Source: an uncultured Bdellovibrionales bacterium
GTDB lineage: Bacteria; Patescibacteriota; Minisyncoccia; Moranbacterales; UBA1568
Length of the DNA stretch: 64,000 bases
Reading direction: 5' to 3'
NCBI GenBank assembly: GCA_964594215.1
Contig: CAZQLN010000004.1
Location: forward strand, 862 to 64,861
This document shows, one piece after another, positions 43,183 to 53,260 of this stretch (position 1 is the stretch's first letter; each line of letters begins with the position of its first letter). The notes beneath the pieces are model-generated. The model was not told the DNA's origin and did not search any database. It worked only from the letters and a program-made list of their open reading frames with translations. The position numbers and the translations under genes were made by a program.

Positions 43183-43893
43183 TTAAGCAATCTCAAGAAT
43201 CATCGGTAAATGATCTGAGACTTCGTTTTTTGGCACCTGAAAATCCTTTACTTCTACGCCTGGCCCCACGAAAGTATAATCAGCAAAAAGATGCTTGTTA
43301 TCTGGATACTTTGCCCAGGCAATTTCATTCCTTGTTGTGTCAATAGTATATTCTCTAATTAGATTCTTATAGCCGCACTCTTCAAAAATCTTGATGCTCT
43401 TCGTATCAGGGAAAAGATTGAAGTCTCCCATAATAATATGCTTGCCTGGCTTATTCTTAAGAAACTCTAGAATCTCTCTAGACTGAGCTATGCGCGCTTC
43501 TGTATCCTGCTTATCTGCGGGAAAAGCAGCTCCGTGAATATTACAGATTATATAATGCTCATTTCCTCTCATGATATCTACCCAAAGTCCCAATCCCTGA
43601 TCCCTATTGTGCGGAAAAAAGACTCCAGAAGCCAACAAGGTTATGTCATCGCGCAAACAGGTCATCTGACAGAGATCATCCTTCGTCAAATATTCATATT
43701 TGCTGGTGATAATATTTTGCCATCCTTGTAATTCTTGACTCCGGATACGCTCTGTTTCATCAGAAGCTTCCTGAAACAAGAAAATATCTGTATCACGAGC
43801 CTGTGTAGACACAAATTCTCTGAGTGCCTCCGCGCAGCCACCTCGCCAGGTATTGAGTGAAAGAATTTTCATATCGCCGATGTCCCTTGCCAC
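43183..43893 (-). CDS. Endonuclease/exonuclease/phosphatase (EEP) family protein. The probable start is MKILSLNTW.
   Basis: EEP motifs (LSLNTW, FLFQE, SDHLP). Confidence 0.55.
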   Translation of the reverse strand: MARDIGDMKILSLNTWRGGCAEALREFVSTQARDTDIFLFQEASDETERIRSQELQGWQNIITSKYEYLTKDDLCQMTCLRDDITLLASGVFFPHNRDQGLGLWVDIMRGNEHYIICNIHGAAFPADKQDTEARIAQSREILEFLKNKPGKHIIMGDFNLFPDTKSIKIFEECGYKNLIREYTIDTTRNEIAWAKYPDNKHLFADYTFVGPGVEVKDFQVPKNEVSDHLPMILEIA

Positions 43894-44456
43894 ACCATTT
43901 TTAGGTATGTTCCTGTTTTGGGCGACCAGCCAAGGGCACTCGCAGTCACATCTTCACTGGTAATCACTCCGTGAATCTGTTCCAATGCATCGCCATGAGA
44001 TACTAAAACTACTTTTTTGCCAGGAAATTCTCGAGCTACCTCATTAAGCAAATTCGTGACCCGTGCACGCATATCTTCAAAACTCTCCACTCCATCACTT
44101 CCATCAGTATGAATGCGTTTCTCTGGACTGCTATACACCTGGAAAAATTTATCCATCGGTAAAGTATTGAACTGACCGAAGTCTGTTTCACGCAGACGAA
44201 TATCTTGCCACACTGGCACTCCTACGGCTTCACCTATAATAGTCGCTGTTTCAACAGCTCGAGTCAGCGGTGAACTAATAATTACATCGATACCCTCTTC
44301 TCTGAGGCTATCCGCTGTTTCCTGTACCTCTGCCATCCCTCGCGCAGTTAAGTGCCTCACTGTGCGGCCAGGTACTTCAGGATAAGAACTCAAAATACCG
44401 GCCGCATTGGAATCAGCTTCACCATGACGTACTAAATAGAGTGTGACACCTGTCAT
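43869..44456 (-). CDS. Histidine phosphatase family protein (phosphoglycerate-mutase-like)
   Basis: LVRHGE catalytic motif at the N-terminus. Confidence 0.6.
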   Translation of the reverse strand: MTGVTLYLVRHGEADSNAAGILSSYPEVPGRTVRHLTARGMAEVQETADSLREEGIDVIISSPLTRAVETATIIGEAVGVPVWQDIRLRETDFGQFNTLPMDKFFQVYSSPEKRIHTDGSDGVESFEDMRARVTNLLNEVAREFPGKKVVLVSHGDALEQIHGVITSEDVTASALGWSPKTGTYLKMVWQGTSAI

Positions 44457-44650
44457 AGATTACAAAGTTTCCTAATGAATAAAGTGATACAGATCCCACC
44501 CAAGGCCAGTTCCCAAAAACAATACCATCAGACCCATGAGTTTGAAGAGGAAAAAAATGGCTTTTTCACCTGAACCTCTCTTAACTTGATATTTTTCTCT
44601 ATATTTTTTGGGTAAAGGCATAACAAATAAACGATTGGAATATTTTTGTA

Positions 44651-46240
44651 TTACATTTTTTCTGGAGCACTCACTCCAATAAGACGAAGGGTCTCTCCAA
44701 GCACTTCTTTGGTAGCCGCTACCAAAGCCAAGCGTGCCCGTGACAAGTCTTGGTTTTCAGTATCAACCACCTGACACTCAGCATAATATGAGTGAAACTT
44801 ATCAGCCAGACGAATAGCCAGTTGTGGTAGACGGTGTGGCTCACACTCCTGTGAGGCCAATTCAAGAAACTCTTGAAACCCAAATATCTCACGCATCAAA
44901 GTTTTTTCCTTATCATGGGTAAGGAGACTAAGGTCAGCACCTCCATACTCTAGAGTATCATCGGCTCCCTTAGCCAAAATACTAGCCATACGAGCATGAG
45001 CATACTGAGCATAGAAAACTGGATTTTTCTGAGAACGCTCTTCTGCCAAGCCCAAATCGAAGGTCATATGAGTATCTGGTGAATATTGAAGAAAAAAGAA
45101 GCGCGTCACATCATGCCCCACTAGTTCAAGAAGCTCATCTATAGTCACTGTATTACCCGCTCTTTTACTCATCTTCACTTCTTCACCATCTTTAACCAAT
45201 TTCACTAACTGCATAAGAAGAAAAGTTATCTCTCCCTTAAAACCAAGCGCTCGCGCCACTGCCTCGAAACGCTTGGTATAACCATGATGATCAGCTCCAA
45301 AGGTTTCGATAATTTTTTCTACTCCCGCTTCAATATAACCAAGAATATGCCCCGCATCAGAGGCAAAGTAGGTCTTACTACCATCAGCCTTGATTAATAC
45401 ACGATCTTTATCATCGCCATATTCGGTAGTCCGAAGCCAGAGTGCGCCCTCTTCTTCAAAAGTTCTTCCTTGGGTTTTCAACATCTCAATAGCCTTCTCT
45501 ATCATGCCTGATTCTACAATAGCTTGCTCAGAGGTCCATATATCAAAGTGAATTTGCATGCCTTGCTCTATAGTAGGCTTGATATATTGATCGAGAACGA
45601 GTTGAGCCGCTTTAGTCCCAACCTCAAAAACATCAGCGCTAGACTCTCCAAGTTTTTCACGAAGTAACACTATATAATCACCGCCATATACAGCCTGTTC
45701 ATCTCCAAGTACGCTGTGTCCCAGTTTAGTAATTTGTTCGCCCGCATCATTGATATAGTACTCATTAGTTACTGTATAGCCAGTCTTGCGAAGCAGTCGT
45801 CCGAGAGAATCACCATAAAATCCTCCGCGACCATTCCCGAGATGCAGAGGACCCGTCGGATTAGCAGAGATAAATTCATTATTAACCTGAATACCTTTTC
45901 CTATTGTCGAATCCCCAAAATGCTCTTTTTTTTGAATAGCTTCTTGTATGGCATCAGTAAATACCCTACTCTCTAGATAAAAATTTAAATGCCCTGGTCC
46001 AGCTACTTCTACCTGAGCAAAATCATTTCTGAGCCTTGGTAGTAAAAGCCTAGCAATTTCTTGCGGATTTTTCAGCGCTCCTTTAGCTACAACAAGAGCA
46101 ATATTAGAAGTGTATTCACCAAACTGCTCATCCTTAGGGAGCTCTACCGTAACCGCCGGAATATCAAAAACAGGCAAAATACCTTCTGCCTGAAGATCTT
46201 GTAAAACCTTTTCGATTTTCTTAGCAATGTCAGCTTTCAT
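44651..46240 (-). CDS. argS: Arginyl-tRNA synthetase
   Basis: Class I motifs, C-terminal DALR anticodon-binding domain. 529 aa. Confidence 0.9.
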   Translation of the reverse strand: MKADIAKKIEKVLQDLQAEGILPVFDIPAVTVELPKDEQFGEYTSNIALVVAKGALKNPQEIARLLLPRLRNDFAQVEVAGPGHLNFYLESRVFTDAIQEAIQKKEHFGDSTIGKGIQVNNEFISANPTGPLHLGNGRGGFYGDSLGRLLRKTGYTVTNEYYINDAGEQITKLGHSVLGDEQAVYGGDYIVLLREKLGESSADVFEVGTKAAQLVLDQYIKPTIEQGMQIHFDIWTSEQAIVESGMIEKAIEMLKTQGRTFEEEGALWLRTTEYGDDKDRVLIKADGSKTYFASDAGHILGYIEAGVEKIIETFGADHHGYTKRFEAVARALGFKGEITFLLMQLVKLVKDGEEVKMSKRAGNTVTIDELLELVGHDVTRFFFLQYSPDTHMTFDLGLAEERSQKNPVFYAQYAHARMASILAKGADDTLEYGGADLSLLTHDKEKTLMREIFGFQEFLELASQECEPHRLPQLAIRLADKFHSYYAECQVVDTENQDLSRARLALVAATKEVLGETLRLIGVSAPEKM

Positions 46241-46262
46241 ACTTACCAGCCTACCTTATTTA

Positions 46263-47270
46263 CTAAGCCAAGGAAAGGCCGATACTTCTACGGTAAACAA
46301 TATCATTTTTATCTTGAAAAGGAACAAATTTTCCCTCTTTGCAGACATCACTGCAATAGCCGGCCATTTTCTGATGACAATTCTCACATTGAATAAAAAG
46401 GAGGTTGCAGGCAGTCTCACTACAGTTGATATACTGATCAGCCGCTACTCCACATTGGTAACACGTACCAAGCACGTCAGAGGTAATAGCCTCTTCGAGA
46501 CGTTCGTCAAACACAAAGTTTTTTCCCTTAAACTTGCTAGTAAGCCCCTCCCGTTCTATCTGATGTTTGTAATCAATAATACCGCCCAGTAACTGGTACA
46601 CTTTCTTGAAACCGTGGTGCTTGAGATAGGAACTCGCTTTCTCGCAGCGTATTCCTCCCGTGCAATAGAGAAGCACTGGCTCTTCTTCTTTTCCCTGAAG
46701 AGCCTCGAGGGCCATTGGTAGCTCCTCGCGAAAAGTAAACGCATTTGGTGTAATTGCCCCGTCGAAACGTCCAATGGCTGATTCATAGTTATTGCGCATG
46801 TCAACTACCGTAGCGCCCTCATCAAGTTTCTCATTGAATTCCCTCGCCGTTAGATGCGTACCGACATTACTCACATCATAATCATTTGCAGTCAGTCCAT
46901 CGGCTACAATCTGTTTTTTCACTTTGATCGTCAATTTCCAAAAGGCCCGGGTCTCCTGAAGCACGCCAAACTTGAATGGCACATCGGTAAATTCCGTACG
47001 AGCATAAAGTTTTTCAACAAATTCATCCCATTTAGGCATCGGCACACTCATCTGAGCATTGATACCTTCCTGTGCAACATAGATACGCCCGAGGCACCCG
47101 AGAGCATCCCATTCCTGATAGAGCTCATGACGTAGAGCGACGGGATCAGTGATGGAAACATAGCGATAGAAAGAAACTACCCTTCTCTCAAAGGATTCCT
47201 CTGCTATCTTAGTCAAAGCCTCTTCTTTAGAGAGGTGGTTACGAAGATGATGGTAAGTATTCTTTTTCAT
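46263..47270 (-). CDS. trhO: Rhodanese-domain tRNA U34 hydroxylase TrhO/YceA (UPF0176) family
   Basis: Rhodanese active-site loop CTGGIRCEK. Family architecture. Confidence 0.65.
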   Translation of the reverse strand: MKKNTYHHLRNHLSKEEALTKIAEESFERRVVSFYRYVSITDPVALRHELYQEWDALGCLGRIYVAQEGINAQMSVPMPKWDEFVEKLYARTEFTDVPFKFGVLQETRAFWKLTIKVKKQIVADGLTANDYDVSNVGTHLTAREFNEKLDEGATVVDMRNNYESAIGRFDGAITPNAFTFREELPMALEALQGKEEEPVLLYCTGGIRCEKASSYLKHHGFKKVYQLLGGIIDYKHQIEREGLTSKFKGKNFVFDERLEEAITSDVLGTCYQCGVAADQYINCSETACNLLFIQCENCHQKMAGYCSDVCKEGKFVPFQDKNDIVYRRSIGLSLA

Positions 47271-47324
47271 GCCTCATATAGTAGCTTATTTAAAGCGAAA
47301 AGTGAAGCTTGTTCTTCCTTGCTA

Positions 47325-47353
47325 TTGCAAAAAAAGCAAAAATATGCTATAAT
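47325..47353 (+). promoter_or_regulatory. Consensus sigma70 promoter TTGCAA-N17-TATAAT for smpB
   Basis: Near-perfect hexamers. 27 nt upstream of the likely ATG at 47380. Confidence 0.45.
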
Positions 47354-47367
47354 TACAAACGTCCTTA

Positions 47368-47826
47368 GTGTCTAAAAATATGACTGTCATTGCCAGAAAC
47401 AAACGAGCTAGTTTTGATTATGCCTTAGGAGAGCACTTCGAGGCCGGTTTAGTATTGACTGGATCTGAAGTCAAGGCCGTCAAAACGGGTCATGCCAGCC
47501 TTAAAGGCAGCTTTGTCACCGTTAAGGGTAGTGAACTCATGCTTACTAATGCCCTAATCCCGCGCTATAAGCACGCTCACAAGGATACAGTCCACGAGGA
47601 TACACGCCCAAGAAAGCTTCTCCTTCGCAAGCGTCAGATCCGCTCTCTGATCGGAAAATTTCGCACAGAAGGCTTGACATTGGTGCCGATTCGTTTGTAT
47701 ACTAAGAAACAACTTGTCAAGGTTGAATTTGCTGTTGGTAAAGGAAAAAAGACCTACGACAAGCGTCAAACCATCGCTAAACGAGATGCCGAACGCAGTA
47801 TGCGTAAAGCCATGAGACATGACTAG
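47368..47826 (+). CDS. smpB: SsrA-binding protein SmpB. The likely true start is ATG at 47380.
   Basis: ASFDY...GLVLTGSEVKA motif. Confidence 0.85.
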   Translation: MSKNMTVIARNKRASFDYALGEHFEAGLVLTGSEVKAVKTGHASLKGSFVTVKGSELMLTNALIPRYKHAHKDTVHEDTRPRKLLLRKRQIRSLIGKFRTEGLTLVPIRLYTKKQLVKVEFAVGKGKKTYDKRQTIAKRDAERSMRKAMRHD

Positions 47827-47896
47827 ACGGTCGCGCACTACTCACCTTACTTTAGCACGGAGCTTCGGCTCCAACCTCTTGTGGGGCGGGTGGTGC

Positions 47897-48299
47897 GGGG
47901 TTGTTTAGACTCGACAGCGTGTACTTTCAAAATATGCAAGCCGACCCCGAGAGCATGGTCGTAAATCTTACTCTCACAATGATAATTGCAAACATCATTT
48001 CAAAGACGAAGAGTGCACTAGCTAACGCTTTTGCTCCCTCTTACGCTCTTGCTTTCGCTTAATTGTGATCGCCATCAGAACTCCTATTCTCGATAAAGAA
48101 CTTCTGGTGTCATATTCATCGAGACGACCGTAAGGATTTCGCTTTTTTTACCCTATTGGTTGTATGCAAAAGAAAGAACAGACAAAAAGTTTTGTTTCTT
48201 TTCTCATTTTTGTTCTGTCACTCCAAAAGAAACTACGCTTGTAGAATATTTTGAAAAAACATGAACTGGACATGGGTGCAATTCCCATCAACTCCACCA
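47897..48299 (+). ncRNA. ssrA: tmRNA (SsrA). Candidate tag ORF GCU AAC GCU ... UAA encodes ANAFAPSYALAFA.
   Basis: 5' GGGGUUGUUUAGACUCGACAGCG matches GGGGCUGAUUCUGGAUUCGACGGG. 3' GGACAUGGGUGCAAUUCCCAUCAACUCCACCA matches the tRNA-like end. The acceptor pairs GGGGUUG/CAACUCC with a G3-U wobble. It sits immediately downstream of smpB. Confidence 0.65.
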
Positions 48300-48863
48300 T
48301 TAACAATACTTTTCGTGAGAAGACGACGTCACAACCGACCAAAACCAAAAGAACAGGTGAAGCTCCGTTTGCGCTTGAATGAGCAGATAGAAGCCCCTGA
48401 GATTATGGTTATCGACCTCCATGGCGAAAACCGCGGAGTGATGTCTGTCGCTGACGCTATCCTGATTGCCCAGGAACAAGAAGCTGATCTCGTCGAGGTC
48501 TCTCCCCTAGCTAAGCCTCCTGTCTGTAAGATTACCGATTACGGTAAGCTCCAGTACAAACAGGCCAAGCAAGATCAACAGGCCAAGGCTAAGCAAAAGA
48601 AGGTAGATACCAAAGGTATTCGTATCGGCTTCCGTACTGATAAGCATGATCTTGCTTTCAAAAAAGGTCAGGCTGAAAAGTTTCTTACTAAGGGACACAA
48701 GGTGCGTATCGAGATAATACTACGTGGCCGTGAAAAAGCCATGAATGACAAAGCTCGAGAAAACCTCACTCTCTTCGCCAAAAGCATTACCATCCCTTTC
48801 AAAACTGAAGAAGAAGTCAAAAGAGGTCCAAAAGGATTCACGACACTAATCGCTCCAGAATAA
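48261..48863 (+). CDS. infC: Translation initiation factor IF-3. The true start is probably a non-ATG codon near 48330, after the tmRNA 3' end.
   Basis: KITDYGKLQYKQ and the IF3 C-terminal domain. infC-rpmI-rplT synteny. Confidence 0.8.
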   Translation: MNWTWVQFPSTPPLTILFVRRRRHNRPKPKEQVKLRLRLNEQIEAPEIMVIDLHGENRGVMSVADAILIAQEQEADLVEVSPLAKPPVCKITDYGKLQYKQAKQDQQAKAKQKKVDTKGIRIGFRTDKHDLAFKKGQAEKFLTKGHKVRIEIILRGREKAMNDKARENLTLFAKSITIPFKTEEEVKRGPKGFTTLIAPE

Positions 48864-48871
48864 ATAACTCT

Positions 48872-49063
48872 ATGAAACAGAAGACTAAGAAATCACTCGT
48901 TAAAAAGATTCGTGTTACCGGGAGCGGTAAACTAAAGACTCGTGCCACAGGTCAAAATCATCACAATACTCGTGCTACAGGCAACCAACGACGCGACAAG
49001 CGCAATGACAATGATGTCTATCCAGCAGTTGCTAAAAACATTAAGAAGGCCATGGCCATCTAA
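48872..49063 (+). CDS. rpmI: 50S ribosomal protein L35
   Basis: 63-aa basic protein MKQKTKKS... Confidence 0.85.
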   Translation: MKQKTKKSLVKKIRVTGSGKLKTRATGQNHHNTRATGNQRRDKRNDNDVYPAVAKNIKKAMAI

Positions 49064-49093
49064 TCCTAACTAAATACAATCGAAAGAATCGCT

Positions 49094-49438
49094 ATGACCC
49101 GAATCAAACGAGGCGTTCAAACCAAGAAACGCCACAAAAATCTTCTCAAGCAGGCTAAAGGCTTCCGCTGGGGACGCAAGAATCTGTTCCGTACGGCTAA
49201 GGAAGCTGTGATTAAGGCTGGTAAATATGCTCATCGTGACCGTCGTGCCAAAAAGCGTGACTTCCGTAGTCTCTGGATCATCCGCCTCAATAACGCTCTT
49301 CGTCTTCATGGTCTTACCTACGCTACCTTCATCCACCTAGAAAAAGAAAAAGGTATTACCCTCGACCGCAAGGTCCTCTCTGAAATGGCTGTTGAAAATC
49401 CTGAAGTCTTCGCTAAGTTTGTAGAAAAAGTGAAATAA
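49094..49438 (+). CDS. rplT: 50S ribosomal protein L20
   Basis: MTRIKRGV...KKRHKNLLKQAKGFRG signature. Confidence 0.9.
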   Translation: MTRIKRGVQTKKRHKNLLKQAKGFRWGRKNLFRTAKEAVIKAGKYAHRDRRAKKRDFRSLWIIRLNNALRLHGLTYATFIHLEKEKGITLDRKVLSEMAVENPEVFAKFVEKVK

Positions 49439-49460
49439 TTTCTCCTTTCTACTACTAAAG

Positions 49461-49490
49461 AAAAATCCCTCACTTGCTGAGGGATTTTTT
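49461..49490. terminator. Bidirectional rho-independent terminator (TCCCTCA-loop-TGAGGGA flanked by A5/T6)
   Basis: Sits between convergent rplT (+) and the VanZ-like gene (-). Confidence 0.55.
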
Positions 49491-49931
49491 GTAGCGATAG
49501 AGCATAAGAATCAGCATAGCCAAGCAGGCACCAAATAAGTCAAAACCCACATCCGAAAGCTTGGATCCCCGAAAAGGCGTAAAGTACTGATGAAGCTCAT
49601 CGCTAATACCGTATAGAGTCGCGCCAAAAATAGTCAGTGCTGAGAGAATAGCAGCTTTCTCTTTGGGGAAACGCTTCCAAATGAAACCGTATATCAGAAG
49701 ACTTAGAACAAAGTATTCAAAGACGTGAGCCCCTTTGCGTTCTACGTAGTAACTCGACGTCACCTCTAATGGATACGGTGAGCCAGGGATCGATGAGAAA
49801 TAAAAAATAACAAGCGCCCAGAGCAGGAGCGCCTTTCCCCAGGGAACTTGGTGCCGGAAACGTACTAAAAAACCCATATCAATGTTTCTTTCTGTGCTGA
49901 CCCGCTTCGTGAATAAGGTCGAAAAAAGCAT
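49470..49931 (-). CDS. VanZ-like family membrane protein
   Basis: Four TM segments. VanZ-like topology. Weak motif evidence. Confidence 0.4.
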   Translation of the reverse strand: MLFSTLFTKRVSTERNIDMGFLVRFRHQVPWGKALLLWALVIFYFSSIPGSPYPLEVTSSYYVERKGAHVFEYFVLSLLIYGFIWKRFPKEKAAILSALTIFGATLYGISDELHQYFTPFRGSKLSDVGFDLFGACLAMLILMLYRYKKSLSK

Positions 49932-50023
49932 AGAAAGGAAGCCACAGCCAAACTACCTTGCGTAAAAGCTTATCGATACTGTCGTTAAGACTCTTCTTTT
50001 TTTTCTTGCCATGTCCCGCCATA

Positions 50024-50836
50024 CTAATTGAGTTCGTAAATTACATCTTTTTTTTCTACAACAATTTTCCAACCTTCCTTCTCGGCAAGTGCTTTAAGGT
50101 TTTGATTTGGATTAAAAGCAATCGGATGTGCGACTAACTTCAAGAAACCACCATCAGACTCAGTATCCCCTATTCCATATGAATCATCAAGACTCAAGCC
50201 ATGCTCTTGGATATATTTTTCTACTACTTTATCTTTCATGCGTGATGGTTCAAAAATAGCCCTCCCCGTGTAGATACCTTCCTTGTCTGTTTCGTAGACG
50301 CTTCCATAGACTCCATCAAATTTGAGATACTGTTTATTATACTCTTCAACAATCTCGATTGGAGAACCAGAGATAACGAGCAGATGATAACCTTCTTTAC
50401 GTAATTTCTTAATGAGAGCCTCAGAAAATACATAGGTACGCTTAGCATGAAAGGGTACCACCATTTGCGCTGCTTTGAGTACGTCTTCACGCGAGCAACC
50501 CTGAATGTGTTCTGCATACAAATCCACTAGAGCTCTTCGATAGTCTTCGTAAGTACCTTCGTGTTCTATCCAGCTCGAGTACACCTCGGTTAGTCTGTGA
50601 CGAACTTCATTAGGAAAAACCTTGAGCCAAGCAAGCTGATTGATCAGTTCAAAATGGAGATTCTTTCTGAATATCGTTCCATCAATGTCAAACACCGCCA
50701 ACTTCTTGATAGATTCAGGATTTTTTTGTTTAGAAATTTTAGTTTGCTTTTTGACGACCATGAGTTTTATTTTTACTGAGCTCATAGAGAGCGATCCCTG
50801 TAGCCACTGAAACATTGAGCGAGTTCTTGGTTCCAT
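50024..50836 (-). CDS. HAD-superfamily hydrolase, subfamily IB-like
   Basis: DxDGT motif FDIDGTIF. Confidence 0.55.
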   Translation of the reverse strand: MEPRTRSMFQWLQGSLSMSSVKIKLMVVKKQTKISKQKNPESIKKLAVFDIDGTIFRKNLHFELINQLAWLKVFPNEVRHRLTEVYSSWIEHEGTYEDYRRALVDLYAEHIQGCSREDVLKAAQMVVPFHAKRTYVFSEALIKKLRKEGYHLLVISGSPIEIVEEYNKQYLKFDGVYGSVYETDKEGIYTGRAIFEPSRMKDKVVEKYIQEHGLSLDDSYGIGDTESDGGFLKLVAHPIAFNPNQNLKALAEKEGWKIVVEKKDVIYELN

Positions 50837-51254
50837 GCATTGGTATTTCTAGTATAGCATCACAAAGGTCTAACACTTCCCGTGAAATCCCCTCCACTTC
50901 ATTACCTACTATTAAGGCTACCTTAGTGGCATCAGTAGTCTCTGTATAAGGAATACTTCTCGCGTCTTGTTCTAAGGCGTAACAAACAAAACCCGCTCCT
51001 TTTAACTCACCAAGCAATAGAAAGATATCTGCACGCTGTTCCCAGGAAACTGTTTTTTCAGCACCGAGAGCTGTTTTTTGAATCTGCTTATCTGCAGTAG
51101 TCAGAAGATATTTCTTAGTTGATGGAATGGGTGTGTATCCAGTCAGGTACACCTTCGTCACGCCCGCTCCATCAGCGGTACGCAAAAAGGCGCCCACATT
51201 GTGAGCGCTCCGTATATCATGAGCAATAAGTACTACCTCCCTATCGACCACCAT
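50739..51254 (-). CDS. SpoU/TrmH-family RNA 2'-O-methyltransferase. The start is taken at MVVDRE. The ORF-track extension to 51308 overlaps the upstream gene.
   Basis: SPOUT motifs (NVGAFLRTADGAG, LIVGNEVEGIS). Confidence 0.6.
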   Translation of the reverse strand: MVVDREVVLIAHDIRSAHNVGAFLRTADGAGVTKVYLTGYTPIPSTKKYLLTTADKQIQKTALGAEKTVSWEQRADIFLLLGELKGAGFVCYALEQDARSIPYTETTDATKVALIVGNEVEGISREVLDLCDAILEIPMHGTKNSLNVSVATGIALYELSKNKTHGRQKAN

Positions 51255-52245
51255 ACTGTTGAAATAATGCTTTACCGGTATCCCAAAGAGCAGGATAATT
51301 CTTTTCAATTTTTAACCAGTACCACCATTCTACTCCCCATAGGTAGATTTCATCAAAACCCACTCTTCTAGCGTAGGTGACATTCTCAACTAATTTTTTC
51401 TCATCCATGGTAATGAATTGTTCCTCAAGAGGTACGTTCTTCACCCAACCATTAGCCCATGGTTCAGCCTGAAGCTCTATCACGATGAAATGTTCTTGAT
51501 CGGTAAGAAGTCTCGTCCAAAGTTCTTTCATCTTGAAAAAATTTGGCCCAATCGGATACGTCACATAACCGAGGCGTTTCTGATAGATGTGTCGATAGAG
51601 TGTGGTGCCGAAAATATCACCCTCATGAGCCGCCTTGTACCACAAAGAAAGTTCTCCACTATCAGTGACAATGACCTTACGAGTTGGATCTAGATCTTTT
51701 ACCAAGGCTACTTCGCTGGTCAGAAATGATGGATCGAGTTTTGGACAAATACCAAACAATGCAAGAAATGGCTCATTTTCTACCTGCCATGTTGTGACTG
51801 TCGGATTATCTTTATAACGCTCTACAGTAGTTTTGATCATCTTGAGAAGCTTTGTTCTACGGAGATGCTCATCTTCCTTGGCCCAAGATGGAATATGACA
51901 CTCTGGCCAACGAGGAACGCGTTGACCTACAGTCACAATCACTTCCGCATCCTGCTTACCAGCTTCCTCTATTTGCCAATCAAGATCTGAAAAATTATAA
52001 ACCCCCTGCTCCTTCTCAATTAAGTCCCAATAAGCTGGCAGGCGGAGCTTTTTGACCTGAAGGTCATTGAGCATCGCTAAATAAGTTTCGCGCCAATTCA
52101 AACCCAGATCCTCAGCATACCGTGAAGAAAAAGTCATTCCTAAAACCACATCTTCCCGCGGTTTTGGCCCAGGGAGATTGAGATAGCCAAAAAAGAGAAG
52201 GGCTACGAAAAATAAAATTACCAGTATTTTTTTTGTTTTTTGCAT
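51241..52245 (-). CDS. Secreted glycoside hydrolase, clan GH-A (cellulase-like TIM barrel)
   Basis: Signal peptide/TM at the N-terminus. Catalytic acid/base motif WQVENEP. Confidence 0.45.
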   Translation of the reverse strand: MQKTKKILVILFFVALLFFGYLNLPGPKPREDVVLGMTFSSRYAEDLGLNWRETYLAMLNDLQVKKLRLPAYWDLIEKEQGVYNFSDLDWQIEEAGKQDAEVIVTVGQRVPRWPECHIPSWAKEDEHLRRTKLLKMIKTTVERYKDNPTVTTWQVENEPFLALFGICPKLDPSFLTSEVALVKDLDPTRKVIVTDSGELSLWYKAAHEGDIFGTTLYRHIYQKRLGYVTYPIGPNFFKMKELWTRLLTDQEHFIVIELQAEPWANGWVKNVPLEEQFITMDEKKLVENVTYARRVGFDEIYLWGVEWWYWLKIEKNYPALWDTGKALFQQYGGR

Positions 52246-52254
52246 CGTTTTGTT

Positions 52255-53193
52255 TTAGAGGATACTCACTCCGCTTAAAGCCATAAACCAGAAACCTAGT
52301 CCAATAAGCATAAGAGCAAAGGCTTTTTGAGCCCAATCCCAGACACTTAGGTGTTCTCCAAAAATATGTGGGAAACGCAGACTTAGTGGGATAGCTAAGA
52401 TAAGAAGAAACACATACTGAGTACCGTTTAGAGCCTGCACGAAAGAAACTGATCCCAGATGAGTAGCGTAAAGAATAAGAAAGCTAGCAATACCCGCACA
52501 AGACTTATTGATAACAAACAGAAGTAATGTGAACACATTCTGTTTACTCTTGACCTTATTAGGCTCGTGGTGAACCAGGATCTGATGACGATACATCGGA
52601 ATCAATAAAAGCGAGACGCCGGCTAACACCATACCCAGACGTGACCACACTAATCCGTTAATAAAATCAATCTCTGTGTATCCATACTTGAGAAGGAGGA
52701 GGGAAACCCCTAAGAGAAAACCTGCAATAATAGCTGTAAGCGGTAAACGATCACTTTTTTGAAGAGGGAGATCGTAAGAAATGAGAATCCCTCCAATTAC
52801 CAATAAGACTAAAGCGATAAACACTTGGGTACTAAAGATGATCTCACCAAACACACTTGGGAAAAGTCCTCCAGCGAGTAATACGGTGAGAGAAGTTACC
52901 AAGCCCACTAACGGTGCAATACGTGCCACATTTCCCGCTTTGACGGCGTAGTAAAAAGCTAACAAACCAACAATAAAAAAAACTCCAGAAAGAAGAAAAA
53001 GGACTAGGTAGTAAACCGGAATAATTTGAAGTCCAAAAGGAGCAAAAAAGAGTGAGAAGAGACTGAATAAGGAAACGTAGAAGGCATATACCGCTGGTTT
53101 CGGTATATGTTTCTCAGTTAAAATCACCTTATCTAGAAGTTGAGAAACTGCGTTACAAAAATAGCCTAAAATGGCAAAGGAGATCCATGTCAT
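52255..53193 (-). CDS. Multi-TM transporter, DMT/EamA-like
   Basis: About 10 predicted TM helices in two repeated halves. Confidence 0.4.
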   Translation of the reverse strand: MTWISFAILGYFCNAVSQLLDKVILTEKHIPKPAVYAFYVSLFSLFSLFFAPFGLQIIPVYYLVLFLLSGVFFIVGLLAFYYAVKAGNVARIAPLVGLVTSLTVLLAGGLFPSVFGEIIFSTQVFIALVLLVIGGILISYDLPLQKSDRLPLTAIIAGFLLGVSLLLLKYGYTEIDFINGLVWSRLGMVLAGVSLLLIPMYRHQILVHHEPNKVKSKQNVFTLLLFVINKSCAGIASFLILYATHLGSVSFVQALNGTQYVFLLILAIPLSLRFPHIFGEHLSVWDWAQKAFALMLIGLGFWFMALSGVSIL

Positions 53194-53260
53194 AATGATA
53201 CCTCTAGTATAGCCTTTTCAGAAGTAAAAAAACAGCCCATTTAGGGCTGTTAGTACTCCT

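Noticed and set aside
44457-44650. Possible 21-codon hydrophobic micro-ORF (minus strand, about 44470-44535) in the argS-downstream spacer
   Set aside because: It is too short and lacks a convincing RBS. It is more likely a promoter/UTR region.
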